Source: an uncultured Gemmatimonadales bacterium (lineage in GTDB: Bacteria; Gemmatimonadota; Gemmatimonadetes; Gemmatimonadales; GWC2-71-9). Taken from it: DNA of 64,000 nt. Under the pieces are notes generated by a model. That model was not told where the DNA came from. It did no database searches and saw only the letters and a list, made by a program, of their open reading frames with translations. The position numbers and the translations under genes were made by a program. Location: NCBI GenBank assembly GCA_963771275.1, contig CAVYSW010000006.1:160001-224000 (forward strand), in the 5' to 3' direction. This document shows positions 1-8,093 of the stretch, piece after piece. The first letter of the stretch is position 1, and each line of letters starts with the position of its first letter.

Positions 1-812
1 ACCATCGCGACCCCGGAGTAGATGGCCCCGGCCACGAAGTACGGCGCGAAGATCGTGGCGTGCCAGCCCGGGACGATGGACATCGCGAAGTCCCACGACA
101 CCACGCTATGGACCGACAGCACGAGGGGGGTGGCGAGGGCCGCGAGGTAGAGGTACGCCTTGATGTAGTGCCGCCACTGGTAGTCGGCGCCCCGCCAGCC
201 GAGCGACGTGATCGTGTAGAGCTTCTTGCGCCAACCCGTGGCATGGTCCCGGATCGCGGCGACGTCGGGGATCAGCCCCACGATCAGGAACAGCGTGCTG
301 ACCGTGAAGTAGGTGGAGACCGCGAACACGTCCCAGACGAGCGGCGACTTGAAGTTGACCCACAGCCCGCGTTGGTTGGGGTACGGGAACAGCCAGTACG
401 CGTACCACAGCCGCCCCAGGTGGATCAGCGGGAACAGGCCCGCCGTCATCACCGCGAACACCGTCATCGCTTCGGCCGTGCGGTACACGGCCGTGCGCCA
501 CGCCGAGCGGAACAGGTAGAGGATCGCGGAGATCAGGGTCCCCGAGTGCGCGATGCCCACCCAGAACACGAACGTCGTGACGTACACCGCCCACATGACC
601 GGCGGGGAGTACCCGGCGACCCCCAGGCCACGCCGGATCTGGTACAGCAGCGCGACGATGCCGGCGCCGAGCACGAGGAGCACGAACCCGAACAGGACGT
701 AGTAGCCGCGCTTGGGATTCCCGAGGGTGGCCGCAATGTCGCGGGTCACCTCGTGGTAGGTGGGGTGATGATGGTGAACGGGCGTGGCGTCGGGCTGCAC
801 GGTCGTGGCCAT
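1..812 (-). CDS. actC: Alternative complex III subunit C (NrfD/PsrC family quinol-binding membrane protein), 3' end runs off the window
   Basis: Not in the ORF track because it is truncated. Hand translation from ATG at 812 gives MATTVQ...WAVYVTTFVFWVGIAHSGTLISAILYLFRSAWRTAVYRTAEAMTVFA...HLGRLW...NFKSPLVWDVFAVSTY...SVHSVVSWDFAMSIVPGWHATIFAPYFVAGAI, typical ActC motifs. It lies directly after actB. Confidence 0.93.
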   Translation of the reverse strand, partial: MATTVQPDATPVHHHHPTYHEVTRDIAATLGNPKRGYYVLFGFVLLVLGAGIVALLYQIRRGLGVAGYSPPVMWAVYVTTFVFWVGIAHSGTLISAILYLFRSAWRTAVYRTAEAMTVFAVMTAGLFPLIHLGRLWYAYWLFPYPNQRGLWVNFKSPLVWDVFAVSTYFTVSTLFLIVGLIPDVAAIRDHATGWRKKLYTITSLGWRGADYQWRHYIKAYLYLAALATPLVLSVHSVVSWDFAMSIVPGWHATIFAPYFVAGAIYSGVAM

Positions 813-817
813 CGCCG

Positions 818-3800
818 TTACGCCTCCGCCCCGAGGTTGCGCACCTTCATCAGATACGTCACCGCTGGCTGCGTGTTGAGGCTCTCGAGCACCCGGTAGC
901 GCCGCGGGTCGGCGGCGAGCTGCGCCACGCGCGAGCCGGGGTCGGTGAGATTGCCGAACACGATGGCGTCCGCCGGGCACGTCTGCTGGCAGGCCGTCAC
1001 GATATCGCCGTCCTTGAGCTCACGGCCGGCGACGCGCGCTTCGTTCTGGGCGCCCCGGATTCGCTGGACGCAGAACGTGCACTTCTCCATGACGCCCTTC
1101 GACCGGACCGTGACGTCGGGGTTGAGCAGCCAGTGCAGCGGCTCTTCCCAGGCGAACGTCTTGGGGTCGTCCGGGGTCGACTGGTCGTACCAGTTGAAGT
1201 AGCGGACCTTGTACGGGCAGTTATTGCTGCAGTACCGGGTGCCGACGCAGCGGTTGTAGGCCTGGCCGTTGAGCCCGTCGGCCGTACGGAACGCGGCGAA
1301 CACCGGGCAGACCGGCTCGCACGGGGCGTTGCCGCACTGCTGGCACATCACCGGGATGACCCGCGCCTCGAGCGGCTCGCCCGACTCGCCGCCCTCGAAG
1401 TAGCGCTCGATCCGGATCCACTGCATCTCGCGGCCCCGGGTCACCTGGTCGGCGCCGACGAATGGGATGTTGTTCTCCGCGCTGCAGGCCGCGACGCAGG
1501 CGCTGCACCCGGTACAGCGCGCGAGGTCGACGGCCATGCCCCAGCGCGTCGTCTCGAACGCGTACGGACCGTACTGCGTGGCCGCCTTCTGCCGCTCCGC
1601 GACCTCCTCGAGCACCCGCTCCTCCCGCTCGGGGATCGGTGCCGCCTCCTCGATGTGGAACGGGTGCTCCAACGCCCCGGCCGCGATGCCGGCGAGCGTC
1701 ACCGCCTGGGCGATCCCCCGGTCCATCTGCCGGGTGTTGCCCTCCGTCTTGGCCAGCCGCACGTGCGCGCCGGTGGCTGCGAGAGTCACGGGCGTGTAGC
1801 GTGTCACACCGCCGAACGCCGCGGGCTCGGGTCCCAGCAGCCGGAGGGCGTTGGCACCACGGTCCTTGGCGTAACGACCGTACGCCGTATGCCCCTGTCC
1901 CAGCGGCACCGCCACCACGTCCGGACGCAGGCCGGGGTACAGGTAGGCCGGCGCCTCGATCGCGCCCGTCGCGGAGCGGACCTCCACGACGTCCCCCTCC
2001 GCGATGCCCAGCCGGGAGGCGGTCTCGGGGTGGATCTCGACCCACGTGCCCCACGTCATCCTGGTCACCGGGTCGGGCAGCTCCTGGAGCCAGGGCCGGT
2101 TGGCGCCGCGCCCGTCGTACAGAGTGGGCGAGGGATACACGATGGCCGTGAAGGGGCCGCCCCCGGTCGGCGTGGGCGGGTCGAGCACGAGGTCGCGCGC
2201 GACCCGCACCGCCATCGCCGGCGTCTCGCGCCATATTCCGCCCCGCTGCACCGCCTCGCGCCAGAACTCCTCGAACGGCCGCCGGTCGGCCAGCTCGCGC
2301 TGCAGCTCGCCCCAGCGCTCCTGGAGATACGCCTTGTACCTCCCCTCCGGCGCCGCGCCCGTGAACCGCGCTGCTACGGCGCCCCCCATCCGGCGCGCCA
2401 CGTCGATCAGCACGTCGCCGGTCTGGCGCGTGTCGAACACCGGCTGCATCACCGGCTGGAGCAGCGAGTGCACGCCGGCGCGCGGGGTGTAGTCGTTCCA
2501 CTGCTCGTAGGGATCGTGATCGGGAAGCAGCAGATCGGCCAGCGCCGCGGTCTCGTCGAGGCAGCGCGCGAAGCTCACCTTGAAGGGCACCGCCGCGAGC
2601 GCCTCCGCGGCGCCCAGTCCGGGCGGCGTCGCGTAGGCCGGATTGGCGCCGTGCACGAGCAGCACCCCGATCTCGTTCCGCCGCGCCGCCGCCACCACGT
2701 CCGCGAGTCCGGCGTACGACGAGGCACCCGTGCTCCCGGCTGGGCCGAACACCACCGTGCGGCCGACGTTGCCCGCGACGTAGTTGAGCAGGTTGACCGC
2801 GACGGCCGTGAGCCGGGCGTCGGTGTGCTGGGTGCCGGCGCCTCCCGGGAGCGCCACGCTGGGTCGGGCGGCGAACTCGGCCGCCAGCCGGTGGACGGTC
2901 CCGGCGGGCACGCCGGTGCGCTCGGCGACCTGATCCGGCTCGTACGACCGCAGCACCCCCCGCAGCTGGACCGCGTCGGCCGGCGCGCGCTCCAGATGGT
3001 GGTTCACGATCACGTGCGCCATGGCGAGGGCGAGCACCCCCTCCGTCCCGGGCACCGGGGCGATCCACTCGTCCGCGCTCATCGCCGTCATGCTGAGGCG
3101 CGGCTCGACATGCACGTAGCGGCTCATCCGACCGTCGCGGTAGCCGTGCGCCGCCGCGAACCCGCGCGCGTGCTCCACCGGACTGAGCCACGTCTCGAGG
3201 AAATCCGCCCCGAACGACACCAGGCACTCGGCCTCGGCAAGCCGATAGGACGGGATCGCGTCGACTCCGAAGACCGCGCGGTTGGCCTGCCGCAGCGCCT
3301 CGTGGGCGAACGGCTCGAACGTCACGGCGTGCGAGGACCCCAGCGCGCCGAGCCAGTCGCGCACGAGCCGGTCGAACGAGCCGCCCTCGTTGCCCGTGAG
3401 GAACCACAGCGAGCCCTTGGGCGCACCCTTGAGACGCTCGACGACGCGGGCGATCGCCTCGTCCCACGTGATCGGCGCGAACGTCCCGGCGGGCGTGCGC
3501 GCCATCGGGCCGCGGATCCGGTCCGGGTTGTAGGTCCCCTGGAGCGAGGCCTGCCCGCGCGCGCACACCTTGCCGCGGTTCACCGGGTGGTCGGGGTTCC
3601 CCTCGACCTTCACCGCGCGGCCTTCCCGCACGCGCAGGTGCACGCCGCAGCCCGCCGGGCATTCGCGACAGGTCGAGGCATAGTAGGTCGCGAGGCCCGG
3701 GATCTGGTCTTCGAGCGGGACGAGGTAGGGGATCAGCTTCTCGACGCGCTCCGTGGAGCATCCCGCCATCGCCGCCGCGCCGCCGCCGGTGACGCCGAGG

Positions 3801-3838
3801 ACCTTGAGGAACTTCCGGCGATTCATGCCGTCGGTCAT
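818..3838 (-). CDS. actB: Alternative complex III subunit B (Mo-bisPGD oxidoreductase-like domain fused to a Fe-S ferredoxin domain), Tat lipoprotein
   Basis: Tat signal NRRKFLK, lipobox AMAGC, KVEGNPDHP and WLQELPDP motifs. C-terminal cysteine motifs CTGCSACVAAC, CQQC..PCEPVCP, CVGTRYCSNNCP, CTFC..CQQTCP. Located between a pentaheme cytochrome and an NrfD-type gene. Confidence 0.92.
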   Translation of the reverse strand: MTDGMNRRKFLKVLGVTGGGAAAMAGCSTERVEKLIPYLVPLEDQIPGLATYYASTCRECPAGCGVHLRVREGRAVKVEGNPDHPVNRGKVCARGQASLQGTYNPDRIRGPMARTPAGTFAPITWDEAIARVVERLKGAPKGSLWFLTGNEGGSFDRLVRDWLGALGSSHAVTFEPFAHEALRQANRAVFGVDAIPSYRLAEAECLVSFGADFLETWLSPVEHARGFAAAHGYRDGRMSRYVHVEPRLSMTAMSADEWIAPVPGTEGVLALAMAHVIVNHHLERAPADAVQLRGVLRSYEPDQVAERTGVPAGTVHRLAAEFAARPSVALPGGAGTQHTDARLTAVAVNLLNYVAGNVGRTVVFGPAGSTGASSYAGLADVVAAARRNEIGVLLVHGANPAYATPPGLGAAEALAAVPFKVSFARCLDETAALADLLLPDHDPYEQWNDYTPRAGVHSLLQPVMQPVFDTRQTGDVLIDVARRMGGAVAARFTGAAPEGRYKAYLQERWGELQRELADRRPFEEFWREAVQRGGIWRETPAMAVRVARDLVLDPPTPTGGGPFTAIVYPSPTLYDGRGANRPWLQELPDPVTRMTWGTWVEIHPETASRLGIAEGDVVEVRSATGAIEAPAYLYPGLRPDVVAVPLGQGHTAYGRYAKDRGANALRLLGPEPAAFGGVTRYTPVTLAATGAHVRLAKTEGNTRQMDRGIAQAVTLAGIAAGALEHPFHIEEAAPIPEREERVLEEVAERQKAATQYGPYAFETTRWGMAVDLARCTGCSACVAACSAENNIPFVGADQVTRGREMQWIRIERYFEGGESGEPLEARVIPVMCQQCGNAPCEPVCPVFAAFRTADGLNGQAYNRCVGTRYCSNNCPYKVRYFNWYDQSTPDDPKTFAWEEPLHWLLNPDVTVRSKGVMEKCTFCVQRIRGAQNEARVAGRELKDGDIVTACQQTCPADAIVFGNLTDPGSRVAQLAADPRRYRVLESLNTQPAVTYLMKVRNLGAEA

Positions 3839-3851
3839 CGAGCCTCCACCC

Positions 3852-4472
3852 TCAGTAGTGACAGGCGCTGCAGTCCGTGGTCACAGGACGCCCCGGCTGA
3901 CCCTTGTACTCCTTCGTCTTGTGACACGAAATGCACCAACCCATCTTGAGGGACGCGAACTGATAGACCTGCGGCATGCGGTTGACCTGGCCGTGGCATT
4001 CCTTGCAGTTGAGCTCCCCCGCCACCACGTGCCGCTCGTGCGAGAAGTGCACGAACTGCGACAGGCGGTGCACCTCGATCCACTGGACCGGCTGCTTGGC
4101 CGCGACGGCGTCGCGCAGCTTCTGCACCTCGGGATTGCCCGACCCGACGATCAGGTGGCATCCCATGCAGGAGGCGAGCGACGGGAGCCCCGGGCTCGGA
4201 CTGCGCTCGACGTTGGAGTGGCAGTAGCGGCAGTCCATGCGGTACTGGCCGGCGTGCACGTCGTGGCGGTAGAAGATCGGCTGGCGCGGCCCCGGCAGTC
4301 CCGCCGTGTCCACGTCGGCCGGCGCCTCGTAGTTGAGATCCACCACGGTATCGGGCTGGACCTTGGGACTGACCGGCCCCTGCGAGCGCAGCCCGCGCGC
4401 CGCAAACACCGTGAGCGCGCCGACCACCACCACCGCGGCCCCCTTCGTCACCGGCACGACCCACCTGGTCAT
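3852..4472 (-). CDS. actA: Pentaheme cytochrome c, alternative complex III subunit A
   Basis: Five CxxCH motifs (CRYCH, CMGCH, CKECH, CISCH, CSACH), HFSHERHV and LKMGWC motifs, N-terminal hydrophobic helix. Start placed at MTRWVV, preceded by GAGGATGAG. Confidence 0.88.
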   Translation of the reverse strand: MTRWVVPVTKGAAVVVVGALTVFAARGLRSQGPVSPKVQPDTVVDLNYEAPADVDTAGLPGPRQPIFYRHDVHAGQYRMDCRYCHSNVERSPSPGLPSLASCMGCHLIVGSGNPEVQKLRDAVAAKQPVQWIEVHRLSQFVHFSHERHVVAGELNCKECHGQVNRMPQVYQFASLKMGWCISCHKTKEYKGQPGRPVTTDCSACHY

Positions 4473-4595
4473 TCGCTCATCCTCGTACGGCTTGAGACAC
4501 CCGAGATCGGGCGGGCGTCGACGCGCGACATGCGTGTATACCCAGGCACCGCTCGCCGCGCCCTGGACGCGCGGCATCGGCCGCTGGAAAAATAG

Positions 4596-5402
4596 TCAGG
4601 GGGACCCGGACGGCAACCGCTCGTCGGACGGCTGCTGAAGCCACTGCCGCAGATTCCCCGACGTGATGCGCTCGCGCTCGTCGCGCGGGAGCGCGAGCAG
4701 GTCGAGCTTGGCGATCGCCCCGTCCGGAATACGCAGCGGCATGCCCGTTCCGAACGTGAACCGCGCGAGGCCCACGGTTCCGAGCAGTAACCGCAAATGG
4801 TCTTCCGGTGGGCCCCAGATCCAGGAGATGTCCCACAGAATCCGGCGCGCCTCCTCGGGCGTGAGTCCGAAATGCACTTCCTCGACCAGGGCCCGATCGG
4901 CGTGGGTCACGATCAGGCGGGCGCGCGGATCGAGCCGCGCGAGGGCGCGGATCGCGGCCGCGGGAAGGTCGGGCGCCACATCCAGCGGATGGCGCTGGCG
5001 CACGTCCTCGAAGCGCACGGTGAGCATGACCGGGAGCCCGGCCGCGGCCGCCGCGCCGATCAGCGCGCGCATGTCGGGCCCGGCCGGGTCGAGACCCTGG
5101 CTGGCGGGATATGCGCGGACGGCCGGCGCCCCCCCCTCCCGCGCCACGCGGAGGTCCTCCTCCCACCGCGGCAGCGCCGGGTGGATCGTGGGGACGCCGC
5201 GCAGCCGCTCATGAGGCTGCAGCAGCTCGGCTAGCTCCGCGTTGGCATCGGCCGGATCGCGGTGCCACGCCGACGCCAGGTGCCCGACCCACGCGGTGGC
5301 GATCCCGGTCCGGTCCATCTGGCGGAGCAGCCCGGTGGGTGTCGGGTCGGGCAGATGGCGGAACGGATAGCCGCCCACGAATGTCGCGACGTCGATCGTC
5401 AT
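4596..5402 (-). CDS. Amidohydrolase_2-like TIM-barrel protein with degenerate metal ligands
   Basis: C-terminal part of ORF 4596..6482, starting MTIDVATFVGGYPFR at an ATGA overlap with the upstream gene. Contains WDIS and FTFGTGMP; the HxH motif is absent. Confidence 0.75.
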   Translation of the reverse strand: MTIDVATFVGGYPFRHLPDPTPTGLLRQMDRTGIATAWVGHLASAWHRDPADANAELAELLQPHERLRGVPTIHPALPRWEEDLRVAREGGAPAVRAYPASQGLDPAGPDMRALIGAAAAAGLPVMLTVRFEDVRQRHPLDVAPDLPAAAIRALARLDPRARLIVTHADRALVEEVHFGLTPEEARRILWDISWIWGPPEDHLRLLLGTVGLARFTFGTGMPLRIPDGAIAKLDLLALPRDERERITSGNLRQWLQQPSDERLPSGSP

Positions 5403-6196
5403 CGGAAGCTCCCGCGCGGAAACAGCGCCTCCGCGTTGCCGTGCCGGATGCGCTCCAGGTCCGCGTCGCTCAGCCCGAGCGACTCGAGGTAGCGCAGCTT
5501 CGCCAGCCCCGTGTCGAGCGTGACGTCGGCGCCCCACAGCAGCCGCCCGACGCCGACCGCCTCGAGCGCGTGCTCGAGCATGCCGCTGTCGATCCCGCTC
5601 CCGGAGAGATCCACCCACACGTTGGGCACGTCCCGCAGCACGCGCAGCGAATGCGCCCAGTCCCCACCGCCGCCGAGGTGCGCCAGGATAAAGCGCGCCC
5701 GCGGATGGCGACCGGCGAGGGCGGCCAGCTCGAGGGCATCCGACGCTTCCTGCCCGGGCCACTCCCGCCGGCGGTGTTGCCACACGTGATGCAGAATGGG
5801 GAGCCCGCGGCCCGCGGCCAGCGCCGCGATCGGATCGAGCAGGGGATCGTCGGCACGGCGGCTGGCGGCGAGCTTGATCCCCACCATGCCGGCCGTGGCG
5901 CGCGCCTCGATCTCGCTCAGGGCGTGGTCGGGATAGTTGGGGTTGACCAGGCAGTAGCCGAATACCAGGCCCGGGTGCTCGTGACACAGCGCGAGCATCC
6001 GGCCGTTGGCCTGGTGGACGTCGTCCTCCGACGGGAAGTACACCGGCGAGCGCGTGCCCCAGCTGCCGAGCATCGAGGCCACGTGCGCCGTGATGCCGAT
6101 CAGGCGCCCCGCCTCCAGCCGTGCCCCGTTCAACTCCCGCCAGTTCGCGTAGGGCGAGCGCTCGGTGTAGAAATGCGCGTGGACGTCGATCAGCAT
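5399..6196 (-). CDS. Amidohydrolase family (Amidohydro_2) metallohydrolase
   Basis: IDVHAH, GIKL, ILHH, ILAHLGG, VWVDLSG and LLWGAD motifs. Confidence 0.88.
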   Translation of the reverse strand: MLIDVHAHFYTERSPYANWRELNGARLEAGRLIGITAHVASMLGSWGTRSPVYFPSEDDVHQANGRMLALCHEHPGLVFGYCLVNPNYPDHALSEIEARATAGMVGIKLAASRRADDPLLDPIAALAAGRGLPILHHVWQHRRREWPGQEASDALELAALAGRHPRARFILAHLGGGGDWAHSLRVLRDVPNVWVDLSGSGIDSGMLEHALEAVGVGRLLWGADVTLDTGLAKLRYLESLGLSDADLERIRHGNAEALFPRGSFR

Positions 6197-7368
6197 GTGG
6201 CGGCGACCTCCCCGACCGCCTCACCGACGCGCTCCAGCGCCGCGGCGATCGTCGCATCCTCGTGAGCGAGCGAGATGAAGTTGTAGGGCGCGCGCCGGAA
6301 CAGAATGCCCCGCGCCGCCGCCCCGGCCGCGACGCGCGCTCCCACCGCCTCGTCGCGGAACCGCAGGAACGAGAACTCGGCCACGCCGCCGACACCGGTG
6401 ACGACCCGGGGGTAGGCGTCCGCGATGGAGCGCAGGCCCGCGAGGAATCGCTCGCCGCCCGCGGCGATCCGCGCGACGGCATCCGTCGTCTCGCAGACGT
6501 CGAGCACCGCCAGCCCGGCCGCGAGCGCCACGGATTCCGTCGCCAGCGTCGAGGAAATCCACGTGCGGGCCGCCGCCGCCATCAGGGCGCGCGGCCCGGC
6601 CACCGCGGCGATCGGGAGCCCGTTGCCGAGCGCCTTGCCGAGCACCACGAGGTCGGGCGGTACCCCGTAGCGTCGCGCCGCTCCCCCCGGGCCGAGCCGG
6701 ATGCCGGTCTTGATTTCGTCGAACACGAGCAGCGCCCCGGCGCGCGTCGCGGCGTCGCGAACCGCGTGCAGCCACGCGGGGTCGGGCGCCCGCTCCACCA
6801 CCGGCTCGATCACCAGCGCGCACGGCCGCGGGTGCCGCTGCAGCGCCTGCTCGAGGTCCGCGCCGTCGTTGAACCGCAGCGCGCGATGCAGCCCGCGCAC
6901 CGTCGCGGGAATGCCCAGCTCGGCCTGCGACCAGTCGAGCCAGCCGTGGTAGCCGCACGACAGGACGTCGTCCCGGCCGGTCACGACGCGCGCGATTCGC
7001 ACGGCGGCAGCGACCGCCTCCGCTCCCGTCTTGAGGAACCGCACGGCCTCGGCGCCGGGCACCCACGGAAGCAGCCGCTCGGCAAGCGCGCGCTCCTCGA
7101 CCGGCGGCAAGGTCCCCACGCCGCCCGCGCGCAGCGCCCGCTCCGCGGCGGCGCGCACGACCGGGTGCCCGTAGCCCAGCGCCACCGCCCCGAGCGCCAT
7201 GCCCAGGTCGATGAACTCGCGGCCCTGCTCGTCCCACAGCCGGCAGCCGGCCGAGCGCACCATGCGGCCGGGGCCCTCCCCGGCAGCGCCGAACAGCACC
7301 TCGCGGCGCTTGCTCCCGGTGGACGTCCCACCGGGGATCGGGCCATCGGCGTCGCGCGGGGCCGTCAC
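6190..7368 (-). CDS. Class III PLP aminotransferase, glutamate-1-semialdehyde aminomutase-like
   Basis: IPGGTSTGSK, GCRLWDEQGREFID, LGYGHP, FLKTGAEA, GYHGW, FDEIKTG and PLP lysine in LGKALGNG. GTG start overlaps the trmJ stop (GTGA). Confidence 0.85.
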   Translation of the reverse strand: MTAPRDADGPIPGGTSTGSKRREVLFGAAGEGPGRMVRSAGCRLWDEQGREFIDLGMALGAVALGYGHPVVRAAAERALRAGGVGTLPPVEERALAERLLPWVPGAEAVRFLKTGAEAVAAAVRIARVVTGRDDVLSCGYHGWLDWSQAELGIPATVRGLHRALRFNDGADLEQALQRHPRPCALVIEPVVERAPDPAWLHAVRDAATRAGALLVFDEIKTGIRLGPGGAARRYGVPPDLVVLGKALGNGLPIAAVAGPRALMAAAARTWISSTLATESVALAAGLAVLDVCETTDAVARIAAGGERFLAGLRSIADAYPRVVTGVGGVAEFSFLRFRDEAVGARVAAGAAARGILFRRAPYNFISLAHEDATIAAALERVGEAVGEVAATC

Positions 7369-8093
7369 CGGATGTCCTTCCGCTCGAGATAGCGCAGCAC
7401 CTCGATGCACATGGCGCGGAGCAGCTTGGCCTCGCGCGCGTCGAGCGGCGTGCGGTGCACGACCCCCCGCACGGTCCGCATCACCAGCTCGGCGTTGCGC
7501 GTCTTGAAGAACTCGATCGCGTGGAGCGTCTCCGCGGCCGAGGCGATCAACTGCTCGACGGCCTCGTGGGTGGCCGGTGGGGCGGTCTTGCGCGGGGCCT
7601 TGAGCGGCGGGAGCGCCTCGCGCTGCACGAACAGCTCGTACGCCGCGACGCAGAACGCCTGGGCCAGGTTGAGCGAGGAATGCTCCGGGCTCGTGGGAAT
7701 CGTCACCTGGCGGTGGCAGCGATCCAGCTCCGCGTTGGTGAGGCCCTTGTCCTCGCGACCGAACACGAGGGCCACCCGGTGGCGCGCGGCCGTCTCGAGA
7801 ATCTCGGGTGCGGCCTCCCGGGGGCGCCGCACGTTGTGCTTCGCCGTGCGGCCGCGCGCCGTGAACCCCACCGCCAGCACGCAGTCCGCCAACGCCGCGT
7901 CGAACGACTCGTACAGCGCCACCCGCTTGAGCACGTCCCCCGTCTTGTGGGCGATGCCCTCGACGCGGTGGGGATCGTACACGGCCGGCTGCACGAGCCT
8001 GAGGTCGCGCAGCCCGAAGTTCTTCATGGCGCGGACCACCGCGGCGATGTTCACGAGGTCCTGGGGCTGATGCAGCACGACGATGATGCTCAT
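7365..8093 (-). CDS. trmJ: TrmJ/LasT family SPOUT RNA methyltransferase
   Basis: VVLHQPQDLVNIAAVVRAMKNFG, LVFGREDKGLTNAEL and SLNLAQA motifs. ATGA overlap with the upstream gene. Confidence 0.88.
   Translation of the reverse strand: MSIIVVLHQPQDLVNIAAVVRAMKNFGLRDLRLVQPAVYDPHRVEGIAHKTGDVLKRVALYESFDAALADCVLAVGFTARGRTAKHNVRRPREAAPEILETAARHRVALVFGREDKGLTNAELDRCHRQVTIPTSPEHSSLNLAQAFCVAAYELFVQREALPPLKAPRKTAPPATHEAVEQLIASAAETLHAIEFFKTRNAELVMRTVRGVVHRTPLDAREAKLLRAMCIEVLRYLERKDIR

Noticed and set aside
6190..7368. Naming the aminotransferase hemL
   Set aside because: It is shorter and divergent (GGTSTGSK rather than GGVNSPVR) and has no tetrapyrrole context, so only the family is called.
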